64,000 nucleotides of DNA. Source: Ranitomeya imitator (lineage: Eukaryota). Shown here in pieces: positions 50,159 to 61,462 of this stretch. How positions within the stretch are numbered: position 1 is the first letter of the stretch; each line of letters opens with the position of its first letter. The stretch spans positions 419,926,001 through 419,990,000 of the forward strand of contig NC_091282.1 in the NCBI RefSeq assembly GCF_032444005.1, given 5' to 3'. Below the pieces are notes generated by a model. That model searched no databases. It saw nothing but the letters and a program-made list of their open reading frames with translations, and had not been told where the DNA came from. The translations under genes were made by a program, and so were the position numbers.

Positions 50159-53100
50159 TGTAATACAAGGGGCACCGGGGTGGTAGTCCGGACCGAGCTC
50201 ACCCACTAAACACAGTCTGTAGACACCCGGGCCCCTTGTACATGCAGTATGGGATGGATTAGGCTGTTCAACCAAATGAATTTACCTTCTCTCCATTTGT
50301 CACAGCAGTTCAGGTGATTAAAAGTCCAGAGATGTGGCTGTGTTCCAACAGGAAAAACATAACTTTTATTGATAACAGGTAGTGAAGAATCGACATCACA
50401 GACAATCCAAAACACTGGATTTCCTGTTCTTTCCTTGATATGAGCTGAAGTCACACCCACTACGGCTGCAGCAGCCGAGAATCCCAGTCGCCCAACCCAC
50501 TGGTGTTTAGGTGCCTGAGACTCCTTCTGCGGAGGCCCCTCTATAGTCCAGAGAGCCTGTATGGATGTCCTCTTTATTCCGTGGCCTTCTTTAGCTCGAA
50601 GTAACAGACCTCATCCATCTGGGGGGTCTGGCAGTGCCCGTCTGTCTGACACATCTGCACCTGTCAACGATCCAGACTGAACTGCTTTCTCTGCTGCTGA
50701 TGACCCAACCCCTCACATTAACCATTTCTTGCCCTAACTCTAATGCATTTAAGGGGAAACAACACAATACATTACATTATAATACAGATAAATTGCAGGG
50801 CATAGTACACATATAAGACAGTACAGGAACATAACTTTTGTACATAAGTAGTGCACAGGGGATGACACGACAGAAGGAGAGGGTGCAACTGAGAGGACCG
50901 GCCACCTCGTTACACTCCCCCCTCCTTAAACATGGCCATCCCCAGCCATGGCAACCTTTGTATAACACACAAAAACACAGGTTATAAAACACACAGAGTC
51001 TTTTATTGGCTGGTCATCCCTTTAAAACGGGCAGCTGCAGTCTTTGAAATGAGCCTCTTTCAGACCTAACAGTCCTTCTCGCTGTAGGGATACACATGAC
51101 TCTAGTCCTTCTGATGACAATCTCCCCCTCCTTGCGGCTGATCACGGGCCCCTTTTGACAGTGGTGGGCTGCGTTTAAACATGTGGCCAGTCCAAGGGTA
51201 AGAATGGGGACAAAGTTCAGGAGCAGGCAGTCTGACAGCCACATCAGGAGTCCATTAACCCAAATGGGGACTTGGTCTCGTAATCCAATAAGGCAGGCAC
51301 CAATAGGTGCAAGCAAAATTGGGAGGAGGGGAAAACAAATAATTGGGGCCGCATCACGCACCATTGTCCTCCATGTGCTATGCAGGGCTAACTGCCCTCT
51401 CGGGGATGCAGAACAGTCCCTTAGAACAGCTGGGGTGCAACTGGCACCTATTAACATCACTTCATTAAAGGGACCACATCAGTCTTGACACGCTGCTGTG
51501 TGGCATAGTGGGCCGCATAGGGATCCTGCACCACCACATACACTTGAGATGAGGATCAACTAGAGGAGAGTCTCTGCTATTTATCCAGCTTCGCACTCCC
51601 TCCAGTGGTGGTCCTGTGGCCCCTTGAGTCTCTGGCTCTATGGATGCACTTGCGGCAGCTTCTCTGCTCCAAGGCACTGCTTGCTCCTGTGCGTCCGGGG
51701 CAACTGCGGCCGCAGTAGCTGTCCATTCCACTGCTGTGGACTGGTTTCAAATTCAGAAGCCATTCTTATGGCCACTGCGTAGGGCACCCAGGGTCCTTCC
51801 TTGATGAAGGATATGTAGTATCCCTCCCGGAAAGGACCGCAAAACCTGAGGGACACGACATTCAGGTACACTTTGGCCCCAGTCCCCAGCTCCTGCAGGA
51901 AACCATAGCCTCGGTGTCGGTCTAAGTACCGGACAAGGCCACAGGTAATCCAGTCCGCAGTGGTTTCTCCCCCAGGGCGCTGCAGTCCCCCAAGAATGTG
52001 GCGCTCCTGCCGCCTTTTCTCCCAGATCACTTTGTAAATCCACTCAACTTCTGAAGGTACACGGGGCTAGTGTGCAGGAGCTGGCTCGGCCAGGGAATGC
52101 AGTGGAGTCGGCAGCTGAGACACCTCCGGAGATGACGGCGGAGCCACAAGAGGTGAGTAGGCCAAGGGCAGTGTAGTTGGATGGCTGAACAAAGCTCTTT
52201 TACTCCCTGCCGCAGCCATCAGTAGTTCTCTTGCATGGCACCCGATCTCAGCCTTCGCGGCCACCACAATGCTTCGCAGGGCCACCTCCAGGATCTTTTT
52301 CTAGCATGTGGCATCTCGTTGGGGTGTCGCCGGTCCTCCATCCTCTGCCGATCATTGGCCTTGGCGCCAACATGGGTGTCGACACTCCAGTTCTTCCGAC
52401 CACCAGGCCTCGAACCTCAGACCCACCTCCGCGCGAACCTTGGAGTGCCTCCAATCCTGGTGGCCCATACCACCAGGGTAGGACATGCTGTGTCTCTCTT
52501 GATCAACAGATAATGGCGCCTCGTCCAACGCCAGGTAGTCTGTCTTTTCTGGGTTCCACCCATTCATAGGTGGGGTCACCCTTTGCGGCTCCATCCGTTT
52601 CTCTGAGTTGAGCTGTGGGGGCAGGAGCTCTGTCTTCGCCCGCACCCATTTAAGGATGGCCTACTCGGCTACAGGGTGGTGACTTCTCTCTTCTTGCACC
52701 AAATTCTCTGTATGATGCCCATGAAAGGCGTAAATTTCCTGATTTTTCACGCCCACGGCCAGCATCTTCTTCTCCATAGTGGTTGGCGCCATTTGTAAAT
52801 CACTAACATCCGCCATCTTTACTTCTTTTGCAGCGATCCACTACTCAAAGTCTCTATCATCGGCTTGCAATGCTGTAATGGCGGGCAGCAAAGCACAAGT
52901 CCCAAATTCACAGTCATAAATCTCCAAATCACTGTCAGCCAACAGCTCCATTTTTTCCAGCTCAGGCAGCACATCACACATTTCAGATTCACAGTCCCGG
53001 TCAGCTGCCATCTCTATTTCCTTTATGACAGACTCTTCAAAATCATGGTCGGCTGCCATCTTTAATTCTATCCCAGCGGACCGCATTTCACAATCACAAG

Positions 53101-53450
53101 TTTTATATCTTCCATCCATCAGCAAAGTTGCAAGACTGCGGGGGTCCATCCTGCCTTGTCTATGCCAAGTGTAATACAAGGGGCACCGGAGTGGTAGTCC
53201 GGACCGAGCTCACCCACTAAACACAGTCTGTAGACACCCTGACACCTTGTACATTCAATATGGGATGGTTTAGACTGTTCCCCCAAATTAAGTTACCTTC
53301 TCTCCTTTTGTCACAGCAGTCCAGGTGATTAAAAGTCCAGAGATGTGGCTATGTTCCAATGGGGAAAACATAACTTTTATTGAAAACAGGTAGTGATGAA
53401 TGGACATTAACGACAATCCCAAACATTGGATTTCCTGTTCTTTCCCTGAC
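50159..53450 (-). mobile_element. Non-autonomous (pol-less) LTR retroelement: complete 3' LTR 50159-50914, partial 5' LTR 53170-~53450
   Basis: TGTAA...TTACA LTR termini. Diverged LTR copy from 53170. On the minus strand: PPT GGAGGGGGGAG next to 50914, AATAAA in the LTR, and a tRNA-Ser-like PBS TGGCATAG..GGCAGGAT adjacent to 53169. The internal region is only ~2.25 kb, with no RT/IN motifs. Confidence 0.85.
51638..53149 (-). pseudogene. Decayed ~500-codon ORF with acidic N-terminal repeats and a C-terminal cold-shock-domain-like motif
   Basis: Manual translation stays in one frame from ATG 53149 to stop 51638, with five nonsense codons (52841, 52661, 52352, 52301, 52067) and no frameshift. 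GLVRYLDRHRGYGFLQELGTGAKVYLNVVSL...FREGYYISFIKEGPWVPYAVAIR at ~51946-51764. Confidence 0.7.
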
Positions 53451-54301
53451 AAGAGCAGTTGTTTACAAAAACAAGAGAAAGTCCATATTTCACCTTCAAT
53501 AACCATAGCAAATTTCTAAGGGCCATTCTCAGATTTTTATGCTATCCATTGGACTTGCACCTCTTGAGAGAAAGGGGCCTTGTCTTGCGTGGCTGTGAAT
53601 GGAGTGTAGGCTGTGCATCCATGGCACTTTGTTGACATTTTGTGGGAGTTTTCTTAATAGCTGATCTTGCATTGCTAAGCTATTTTCTCATAAATGTGAA
53701 CAAAGAGAACAAATGGAGTAATGCACACATTTCCACTCCTTTCACAGCCACACAAGACAGGCCCAGGCATTCAAGAAGGTGTGGATCCAAGCTATAGAAC
53801 ATGTGTTATCCACGGAGTATGCCATAAATGTATGAGATGGGAATACCCCATTGGGGGAATTATAATTTGAAATCTGACAAAATGGCCAAAATTGTATTTA
53901 AATGTTTACTTTTTTTCCAGAATATTTTTTCCACGCTAGAGTTCATATGAGGTTATGCCAGCAGGGGATGCAGCACTGTAAGTCTAGGTAGCTATGTTCC
54001 CCTGCATTCCATTCATTCCCCAGTTTTTACAGGCAGGGGAAGCTGCATTAGCAGGCTCCTGGTTGTAAAATTATTTAACCCCTTTAGATGGATTTACATC
54101 GTGGGACATGACTGTACGGTGGATAGGTATGGGATATTGTTGTTTTTTTTATTTCATATTTTTTTCAGAAGACAAGGGTCATCATTTGGATTGAGCGTAT
54201 AATAAAGCTATTACAACACCATGTGTATTTATTTCATTAAAATACTTTTTTCCTAACGTGTGTGTGTTTTTTTTAACCCTTTATTAATATTGGATTAATA
54301 A

Positions 54302-55007
54302 CACTGGGGAACACAATTTTTTAGGAGTTAGGTCAGACAACTGTTCTTAACTAATTTTTGGATGCTGAATCCAGAAATGATCTCAGTTTTTCTCTATCAC
54401 GTCAAGTTTTTGAGCTATAGGATTTTTGTCTTCTCAAAAATATGTAAACTACTCTACCTAAAAAGTGTTTTTTTTTTAAAAATAGTACAAATAGGCATTT
54501 ACGACGAGAGGAAGAAGGAGCAGACATGATCTGAAACAAAGGAAATATGTACATATGTAAATAAAACACTGAGATGGAAAGTTACAAGCTTTGAAAACTA
54601 ACAAAGAAAAAAATCATAAAAGATATATAAATTACAACTAAGCGCCCAATGTAAAGAGAAAAGCTATCACAAATCCTATTTTTTCCTACTATGATAAATT
54701 TTTTGTGTAAAGATATTGATAATTATGACGTATTGGGAGCTGCACACACCTCTCACCACACCGTCTCAGTTGTGACTACTCTTACAAGTTGCCACGTAGC
54801 TCTATATGAGTCGAATTGTAATCAGATAACAAGTCTTATTACAGATATCAGTGCAATTGTGCTTCTCTGGCAGGTAAGTTGTGGAGGAAAAACTTGACGT
54901 GCTAGAAAAAAACTGACTACATTTTTGGAATCAGCATGCCAATTTTAGTATAAATCAGCTCAAAAACCTAACTCAACAGAAACATTTTTTCAAATTGTTC
55001 CCCAGTG
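54302..55007. mobile_element. Chapaev3-like non-autonomous DNA transposon (706 bp)
   Basis: TIRs CACTGGGGAACA(C)AATTT / AAATTGTTCCCCAGTG with a 3-bp TSD TAA. CAC termini plus a 3-bp TSD fit Chapaev3. Confidence 0.78.
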
Positions 55008-55444
55008 TAATGGATAGGTATTTTATTTTATTGACAGCTTTCCATTATTAGCCAGGCTTAATGTCACCTTACATTAGCAAGGTGACATTAACCCTTTATT
55101 ACCCCATATCCCACCGCTACTCGGGATTGGGAAGAGAGAGGCTAAGTGCCAGAATAGGCGCATCTTACAGATGTTCCTTTTCTGGGGTGGCTGGGAGCAG
55201 ATGTTTTTAGCCAGGTGGGGCCAATAACCCCGGTCGCTCTCTAGGCTATTAATATCTGCCCTCAATCACTGTCTTTCCAACTCTGGCGGAGAAAATTGCG
55301 TAGGAGCCCACACCAGTTTTTTCCGTGATTTAACCCTTTATTTTAACACCCAGAGCTCCCAAATTTTACCCACACTACTAACATTGTTAGTGAGGAATAT
55401 GTATGTAAACCATGTCTCATATCCTGTCAGGTTTGATAAGGAGT

Positions 55445-56345
55445 AAACGAGAAGCACGACAAATCTCAGCATAATACAGTCATATACGTAATACAACATA
55501 CCAGATGATGGTACCGATTATATGCTGAGCCCAAAACAAGGGGAGAACTATAACAACAGCAGGATGCCTGCTGGGTCGCGCGTCCGCCGCCTGGCGCCAC
55601 AGGGCCCTGTGGTAGCCGGGTGGACGGCGCGGTACATGGCGGGCTCCTTGTGGACCGATCATTATGATCGCTGCTGCTCACTTGCCGGCTGATTCTGCAC
55701 CTTTTGTTTGCGGGGGAAGCAGTGTGTGTGGCCGTTGCCACGGTTACCGGAACTGGTTTCCGGTGTTACCGTGGTCACTTCCGGGTGGATGGACTATTTA
55801 AACTTGGGCCTGGCATCTTCCCACTAAGCTCCCTGAAGAAGGTGTGTTGCCGAAACGCGCGTTGGGGAGGGCGCACGGTCCCGGCGGAGGCTACTCTGCT
55901 GTGTACACCTGAGGTAAGCGCCGCACCATGGCCTCTATACGTATACTGTCTTAGTTGCGGTGCTGATATCTGGCTAACAGAGTTCTAGTGTATATGCTAG
56001 TTTGAGGAGCGTACTAATTCTTCATATGATCTCTGTTTATCCTTAGCACTGTGTGGCATTATTATTAGTAATATGAGCCGTATATGGTTGCGGTAGTCTC
56101 CAGCTTTGCTGTAGTTACTGTTTTACACCTAAATGCATATGCTTCCCTTCCCTGGTGCCGTGTGCCTGTGGTGGTTCACGCATCGGTGTAGCGGATGTGT
56201 ACACCATGCGGTACTCGCCTCCACCTGTCTCTTTGATTGTCCTATACTTTTACTATCTGAATATTAATAAAGTCTTTCTACGTTTATTTATATTGACTGT
56301 TTGGTCGTTTTTTCTTAGTCCTTGTGGACCATCTTGCTTGATAAG
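55445..56345 (+). mobile_element. Penelope-like pLTR / retrozyme-like unit
   Basis: Ordered TATTTAA (55795), hammerhead core (55833-55863), AG|GTAAG donor (55914) and AATAAA (56266). GC-rich relative to the flanks. Confidence 0.6.
55826..55870 (+). ncRNA. Putative minimal hammerhead ribozyme
   Basis: CTGAAGA (55833-55839), stem II GGT/GCC, GAAA (55852-55855), self-complementary AACGCGCGTT stem III ending in GTT. Short stem I CTCC/GGAG. Confidence 0.55.
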
Positions 56346-56413
56346 GAGTTAGCAAAAGCCGGCAATTGAATTACCGGCTTTTCTTCTATCTAGCTCTGTA
56401 TTAAACATAAATA

Positions 56414-56458
<45 letters not shown>

Positions 56459-56487
56459 CTCACTGACATACAGTATATATATATATA

Positions 56488-58090
56488 CAGTGGGGCAAAA
56501 AAGTATTTAGTCAGTCAGCAATAGTGCAAGTTCCGCCACTTAAAAAGATGAGAAGCGTCTGTAATTTACATCATAGGTAGACCTCAACTATGGGAGACAA
56601 ACTGAGAAAAAAAAATCCAGAAAATCACATTGTCTGTTTTTTTAACATTTTATTTGCATATTATGGTGGAAAATAAGTATTTGGTCAGAAACAAAATTTC
56701 ATCTCAATACTTTGTAATATATCCTTTGTTGGCAATGACAGAGGTCAAACATTTTCTGTAAGTCTTCACAAGGTTGCCACACACTGTTGTTGGTATGGTG
56801 GCCCATTCCTCCATGCAGATCTCCTCTAGAGCAGTGATGTTTTTGGCTTTTCGCTTGGCAACACGGACTTTCAACTCCCTCCAAAGGTTTTCTATAGGGT
56901 TGAGATCTGGAGACTGGCTAGGCCACTCCAGGACCTTGAAATGCTTCTTACGAAGCCACTCCTTCGTTGCCCTGGCGGTGTGCTTTGGATCATTGTCATG
57001 TTGAAAGACCCAGCCACGTTTCATCTTCAATGCCCTTGCTGATGGAAGGAGGTTTGCACTCAAAATCTCACGATACATGGCCCCATTCATTCTTTCATGT
57101 ACCCGAATCAGTCGTCCTGGCCCCTTTGCAGAGAAACAGCCCCAAAGCATGATGTTTCCACCACCATGCTTTACAGTAGGTATGGTGTTTGATGGATGCA
57201 ACTCAGTATTCTTTTTCCTCCAAACACGACAAGTTGTGTTTCTACCAAACAGTTCCAGTTTGGTTTCATCAGACCATAGGACATTCTCCCAAAACTCCTC
57301 TGGATCATCCAAATGCTCTCTAGCAAACTTCAGACGGGCCCGGACATGTACTGGCTTAAGCAGTGGGACATGTCTGGCACTGCAGGATCTGAGTCCATGG
57401 TGGCGTAGTGTGTTACTTATGGTAGGCCTTGTTACATTGGTCCCAGCTCTCTGCAGTTCATTCACTAGGTCCCCCCGCGTGGTTCTGGGATTTTTGCTCA
57501 CCGTTCTTGTGATCATTCTGACCCCACGGGGTGGGATTTTGCATGGAGCCCCAGATCGAGGGAGATTATCAGTGGTCTTGTATGTCTTCCATTTTCTAAT
57601 TATTGCTCCCACTGTTGATTTCTTCACTCCAAGCTGGTTGGCTATTGCAGATTCAGTCTTCCCAGCCTGGTGCAGGGCTACAATTTTGTTTCTGGTGTCT
57701 TTTGACAGCTCTTTGGTCTTCACCATAGTGGAGTTTGGAGTCAGACTGTTTGAGGGTGTGCACAGGTGTCTTTTTATACTGATAACAAGTTTAAACAGGT
57801 GCCATTACTACAGGTAATGAGTGGAGGAAAGAGGAGACTCTTAAAGAAGAAGTTACAGGTCTGTGAGAGCCAGAAATCTTGATTGTTTGTTTCTGACCAA
57901 ATACTTATTTTCCACCATAATATGCAAATAAAATGATAAAAAAACAGACAATGTGATTTTCTGGATTTTTTTTTCTCAGTTTGTCTCCCATAGTTGAGGT
58001 CTACCTATGATGTAAATTACAGACGCCTCTCATCTTTTTAAGTGGTGGAACTTGCACTATTGCTGACTGACTAAATACTTTTTTGCCCCA

Positions 58091-58093
<3 letters not shown>
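56488..58093 (-). mobile_element. Complete IR/DR-type Tc1 transposon (1606 bp) in a (TA)n array
   Basis: ~205-bp TIRs with 3 mismatches by eye. Outer (AAAAAGTATTTAGTCAG) and inner (AATAAGTATTTGGTCAG) direct repeats. TA flanks. Confidence 0.96.
56704..57726 (-). CDS. Intact Tc1 transposase, 340 aa, DD34E
   Basis: Uninterrupted ORF with paired-like HTH N-terminus, [14 protein letters not shown] and SPDLNPIE (34 residues between D and E). Confidence 0.96.
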   Translation of the reverse strand: MVKTKELSKDTRNKIVALHQAGKTESAIANQLGVKKSTVGAIIRKWKTYKTTDNLPRSGAPCKIPPRGVRMITRTVSKNPRTTRGDLVNELQRAGTNVTRPTISNTLRHHGLRSCSARHVPLLKPVHVRARLKFAREHLDDPEEFWENVLWSDETKLELFGRNTTCRVWRKKNTELHPSNTIPTVKHGGGNIMLWGCFSAKGPGRLIRVHERMNGAMYREILSANLLPSARALKMKRGWVFQHDNDPKHTARATKEWLRKKHFKVLEWPSQSPDLNPIENLWRELKVRVAKRKAKNITALEEICMEEWATIPTTVCGNLVKTYRKCLTSVIANKGYITKY

Positions 58094-58173
<80 letters not shown>

Positions 58174-59187
58174 ATACTATGTGTAGACATTTATTTTATC
58201 TATTCTATTCTAACCTGTCAGTGTGATTTTACTGTACACCGCACTGAATTCCCGGCTTTTCTATAGAACACCGCTGCGTATTTCTCGCAAGTCACATGCA
58301 TGGTCCATGTGTAATCCGTATTTTTCTCGCCCCCAGAGACTTTCATTGGTGGATTTTTTGCGCAGTACGCTGACAAACGCAGCATGCTGCGATTTTCTCA
58401 GCCCGTAAAATACGGCCGAGAAATATACGGATGATGGAAGCTGCCCCACAGAGAAACATTGGTCAGTGTGCAATGCGTTTATTTTGCGCCCGTATTCCTC
58501 TCTAGTGCGACCCCGGCCTTATTCTGTATTTTTCTATACAACCCTTTAGCTACTTAATGCACCACTGTATTATCCAGTATTTGTTATACATAAGAGGATT
58601 GGATTTATACTTGTCCTTGTTTTTATTACTGTGATTGCATGATCATATAAAATTACATACCATCCTGCAGTTCTGCGATAACACATGCACATGATAGTGA
58701 TACTAAAGCCAGTGAATTGTCTTTTATTATATAATTATAGAAATTAATGACTCGTAACTTTCTTGTTAACTCTTCTTTTACCTAACGTCCCTCCTGTACT
58801 GTGCATTAGTTGTCATCTATTTGCAACTTTCACTGTCTGGCAACATGCAGACCGTAGTGTTCTCCTTTTGATGACTGATAGCTGTGGACTTTAGTCTTAG
58901 TGCTCCATTGGTGATATCTCACCTAGACCCTTCATCTCTTGAGCTGTGCTGTTCCATCTCTACCTACTCTATAAATCACCTTACCCATCTCAGCTGGCCT
59001 TTTCTGAACTTATTAATATTACATTGTGAGTACTCCTTAGAACAGAAAGTTCTCTGTGTTAGGAAAAATATTTTACCTAACAGAATTTGAGGTTTCTTAA
59101 AAAATTATTGAGTAAGCTAGGCATCTTGAAGGGAATCAGCCAGTAGGACCAACCCTCTCAAGCCATCTATATGGGCATGCAGGTTAA

Positions 59188-59787
59188 AGGAAGCTGGATA
59201 CAATTATACCTTGATACCTGCAATACAATGTCTTATTCCAAAGAAATCCACCTTTTTCTTATATGGAAATGAGCTTTTCCCGCATATGGGCCTGGAACTG
59301 ATCTGCATGAGAATCTGCCTCCAGAGGTTATTTTACATAAAAGGGGACGTTACCAGGGTGATATGTAACTAATACAGGACAGTATAACTGAACTTTGTCA
59401 TCTTACAAACACATTTGCTGCAGCTCTCACAGCTTTGCTGTATTGCAACCCTGTCTGCCTGTGAGAAGGAAGCTGAAGCTGAGAGGAACCTGCAGATGTG
59501 TCAGGTATAATCACACACAGCTCTGCATTGAGATCAGGAGAGCAGAGAACAGCCATTACATATCAGTGGTTACACCTTTTCTATATAGAATAATCTCTGG
59601 AGGCAGTTTCTCATGCAGATCAGTGTCCGACCCATACCCTGGAACAGCTCATTCACAGATAAGAAAAAAACGTGGATGGAATAAGACAGTGGATCACAGA
59701 TAACAAGGTATCATTTTATTCAGCTTCCTCTGACCTGCATACCCACGTACACACGTTGGGAGGGTTGACTCTTCTCACAGATTCCCT
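59188..59787. mobile_element. TTAA-flanked MITE with AGG/CCT termini (Kolobok/T2-type)
   Basis: TTAA|AGGAAG ... ATTCCCT|TTAA. Internal inverted blocks CTGATCTGCATGAGAA.CTGCCTCCAGAG at ~59298 and ~59600. Confidence 0.65.
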
Positions 59788-60604
59788 TTAAGATACATTA
59801 TGCAGATGCTTCGAAGCTAAGCATAGATCATTAATGCAAGAGAACTGAAATATGTTATATTACACATATTACAAATCTTAATGATATGGAGAACAGGATG
59901 CTATATGTTGAATATTTCTAAAGCTAGGGGACAGTTTCCTTTTTTTGCACAGGGCTTTGTGCTGCCTATATCCACCACATTTCTGAATGTTCAATAGATA
60001 TATAATGTAGTCGGTATTTTGCAGAGTTTCTTTTTTTACTCCTCTTTTTAGAACACTCAGCCTAATTGATTCACAATCGTACAGATATTGGATAGCAATA
60101 GTTTCTACTTTTATACTTGTCCCATAAGTGCTACTGTTAGTCCCTTCATGTACCATCAAAAACAATGACCTGTTGGCTCTAAATACTGTATACATGGAAC
60201 AATGGTGAGAGATGTCAAGTTTTGCAAAAAAGAAAGTTCTGCCGGGCTCTGTTTGTTATATGTGTCTGTGTGAGACTCAGAAACTGCGGTCATTAGTAAA
60301 ATGTATAGAAACCTCAGTAATTGTCCCCACTCTTGTGTTAATTATAATATAGTTGTACAATATTTTTCCAGATGGAAATATTTTCTCTTGTTTCCCACAA
60401 TATCCCTTTTAGTAGGATATAATTCTTGAAGATATTTTTTTTTTGTGGTGGTGGCGAGGACTGAATACAGTGATGTTCAGTAAAAGGAAGTTTAGATTCT
60501 ACTGGAATTTTAAAGAGTTACAACACATTTCAAGAGCTCTGGTTGGGACAGTAGCACACAGTAGGGCAACACCGCAAGAGAAACAAGAGAGAGTGAAAAT
60601 GATG

Positions 60605-60910
60605 GTAGTGCTCACCTTGGGTGGTTGTGTATTAACACAACACCTATTGGAGCCTAAGAATCCGTGACTGCATTCTTCCAGATAGCAATTCACTTTAGTG
60701 TAGATATCAAGGGACCTAGTTGCACATGCGGAAACAAAGAATCCTCGATGGTATAAAATTAAAGTTTTTATTACAACATCACATTTCAGCATCAGACTGG
60801 CACCTTTTTCAAGAGGAGAAAACAAAACCAGTCTTTATTTTATAGCATCGAGGATTATTCATTTCCGCAGGAGAAGCCCAGGTACTGTGATATCTGCACT
60901 AAAGTGAACA
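60605..60910. repeat. Imperfect inverted repeat of the Penelope-pLTR-like family
   Basis: CATCGAGGATT...TTTCCGCA...GATATCT.CACTAAAGTGAA occurs on both strands. The minus strand has degenerate CTTGAAAAAGG...TGAAA, AATAAA and AAG|GTGAGC. Confidence 0.55.
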
Positions 60911-61338
60911 CATTACATGAAGCATTGTCACAAGTAGATCACATTCTCCTGGGAGAACTGGGGTTTGAAAATCACTATATATTGTGAATTGCAGATCTTC
61001 CAATTAGCCAATTTGTTTGTATTTCATATTAAATGGATTGCTTCCTTTAGTGCTGAAGAGTTTAATGACCCTTTCTATGCTGGTTAGAACTTGCAGCTCC
61101 ATATCACAGCTGTTCCTGACCTGGTCATTTCCTTTCTCTATGAAATCTGGCCAGACCTTCTCTTCCTTGTCAGTGAAAGTTTTCTTCCTAGCTACTTGGA
61201 GTCACTGTGCTGATTTGGAGATCGTTGTTGCTGCTGGAGGCTGTAGCATGCTATTTTTGGGTGTATGCTTTCCTCATTGTCCTATTCCCATTTGGTTGTA
61301 CATTCCTACCCTTTCCTATATACAGAAATTCTAGTGTA

Positions 61339-61462
61339 TAAACACGTAAGACAAACAGGGATAAGAAAAAGCAACTAACATACAAAACACTCACCAAAGG
61401 TGTTTGGTGAGTGTTTTGTATGTTAGTTGTATTTTGCTATCCCTGTTTGTCTTACATGTTTA
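61339..61462. repeat. Near-perfect ~60-bp-arm hairpin centred on CACTCACCA/TGGTGAGTG
   Basis: TAAACACGTAAGACAAACAGGGATA...CAACTAACATACAAAACACTCACCA, 8-nt loop, then the mirrored arm. Confidence 0.9.

Larger units (their letters stand above)
53930..58518. mobile_element. Large non-coding Harbinger-like composite repeat (right end intact) hosting three nested insertions
   Basis: Ends ...CTAGTGCGACCCCGGCC|TTA. Internal blocks are reverse-complement homologues of 2995-3112 and 7490-8200. No left TIR was found. Confidence 0.45.

Noticed and set aside
57077-57817. 246-aa plus-strand ORF (and similar antisense ORFs over Tc1 and Gypsy elements)
   Set aside because: Antisense shadow of the transposase or pol frame.
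60499-60825. Cys-containing minus-strand ORF ending at AAG|GTGAGC as the missing upstream PCSK5 exon
   Set aside because: No similarity to the expected GEY...C..C...C..C exon and no good acceptor; it is part of the inverted PLE-like repeat.
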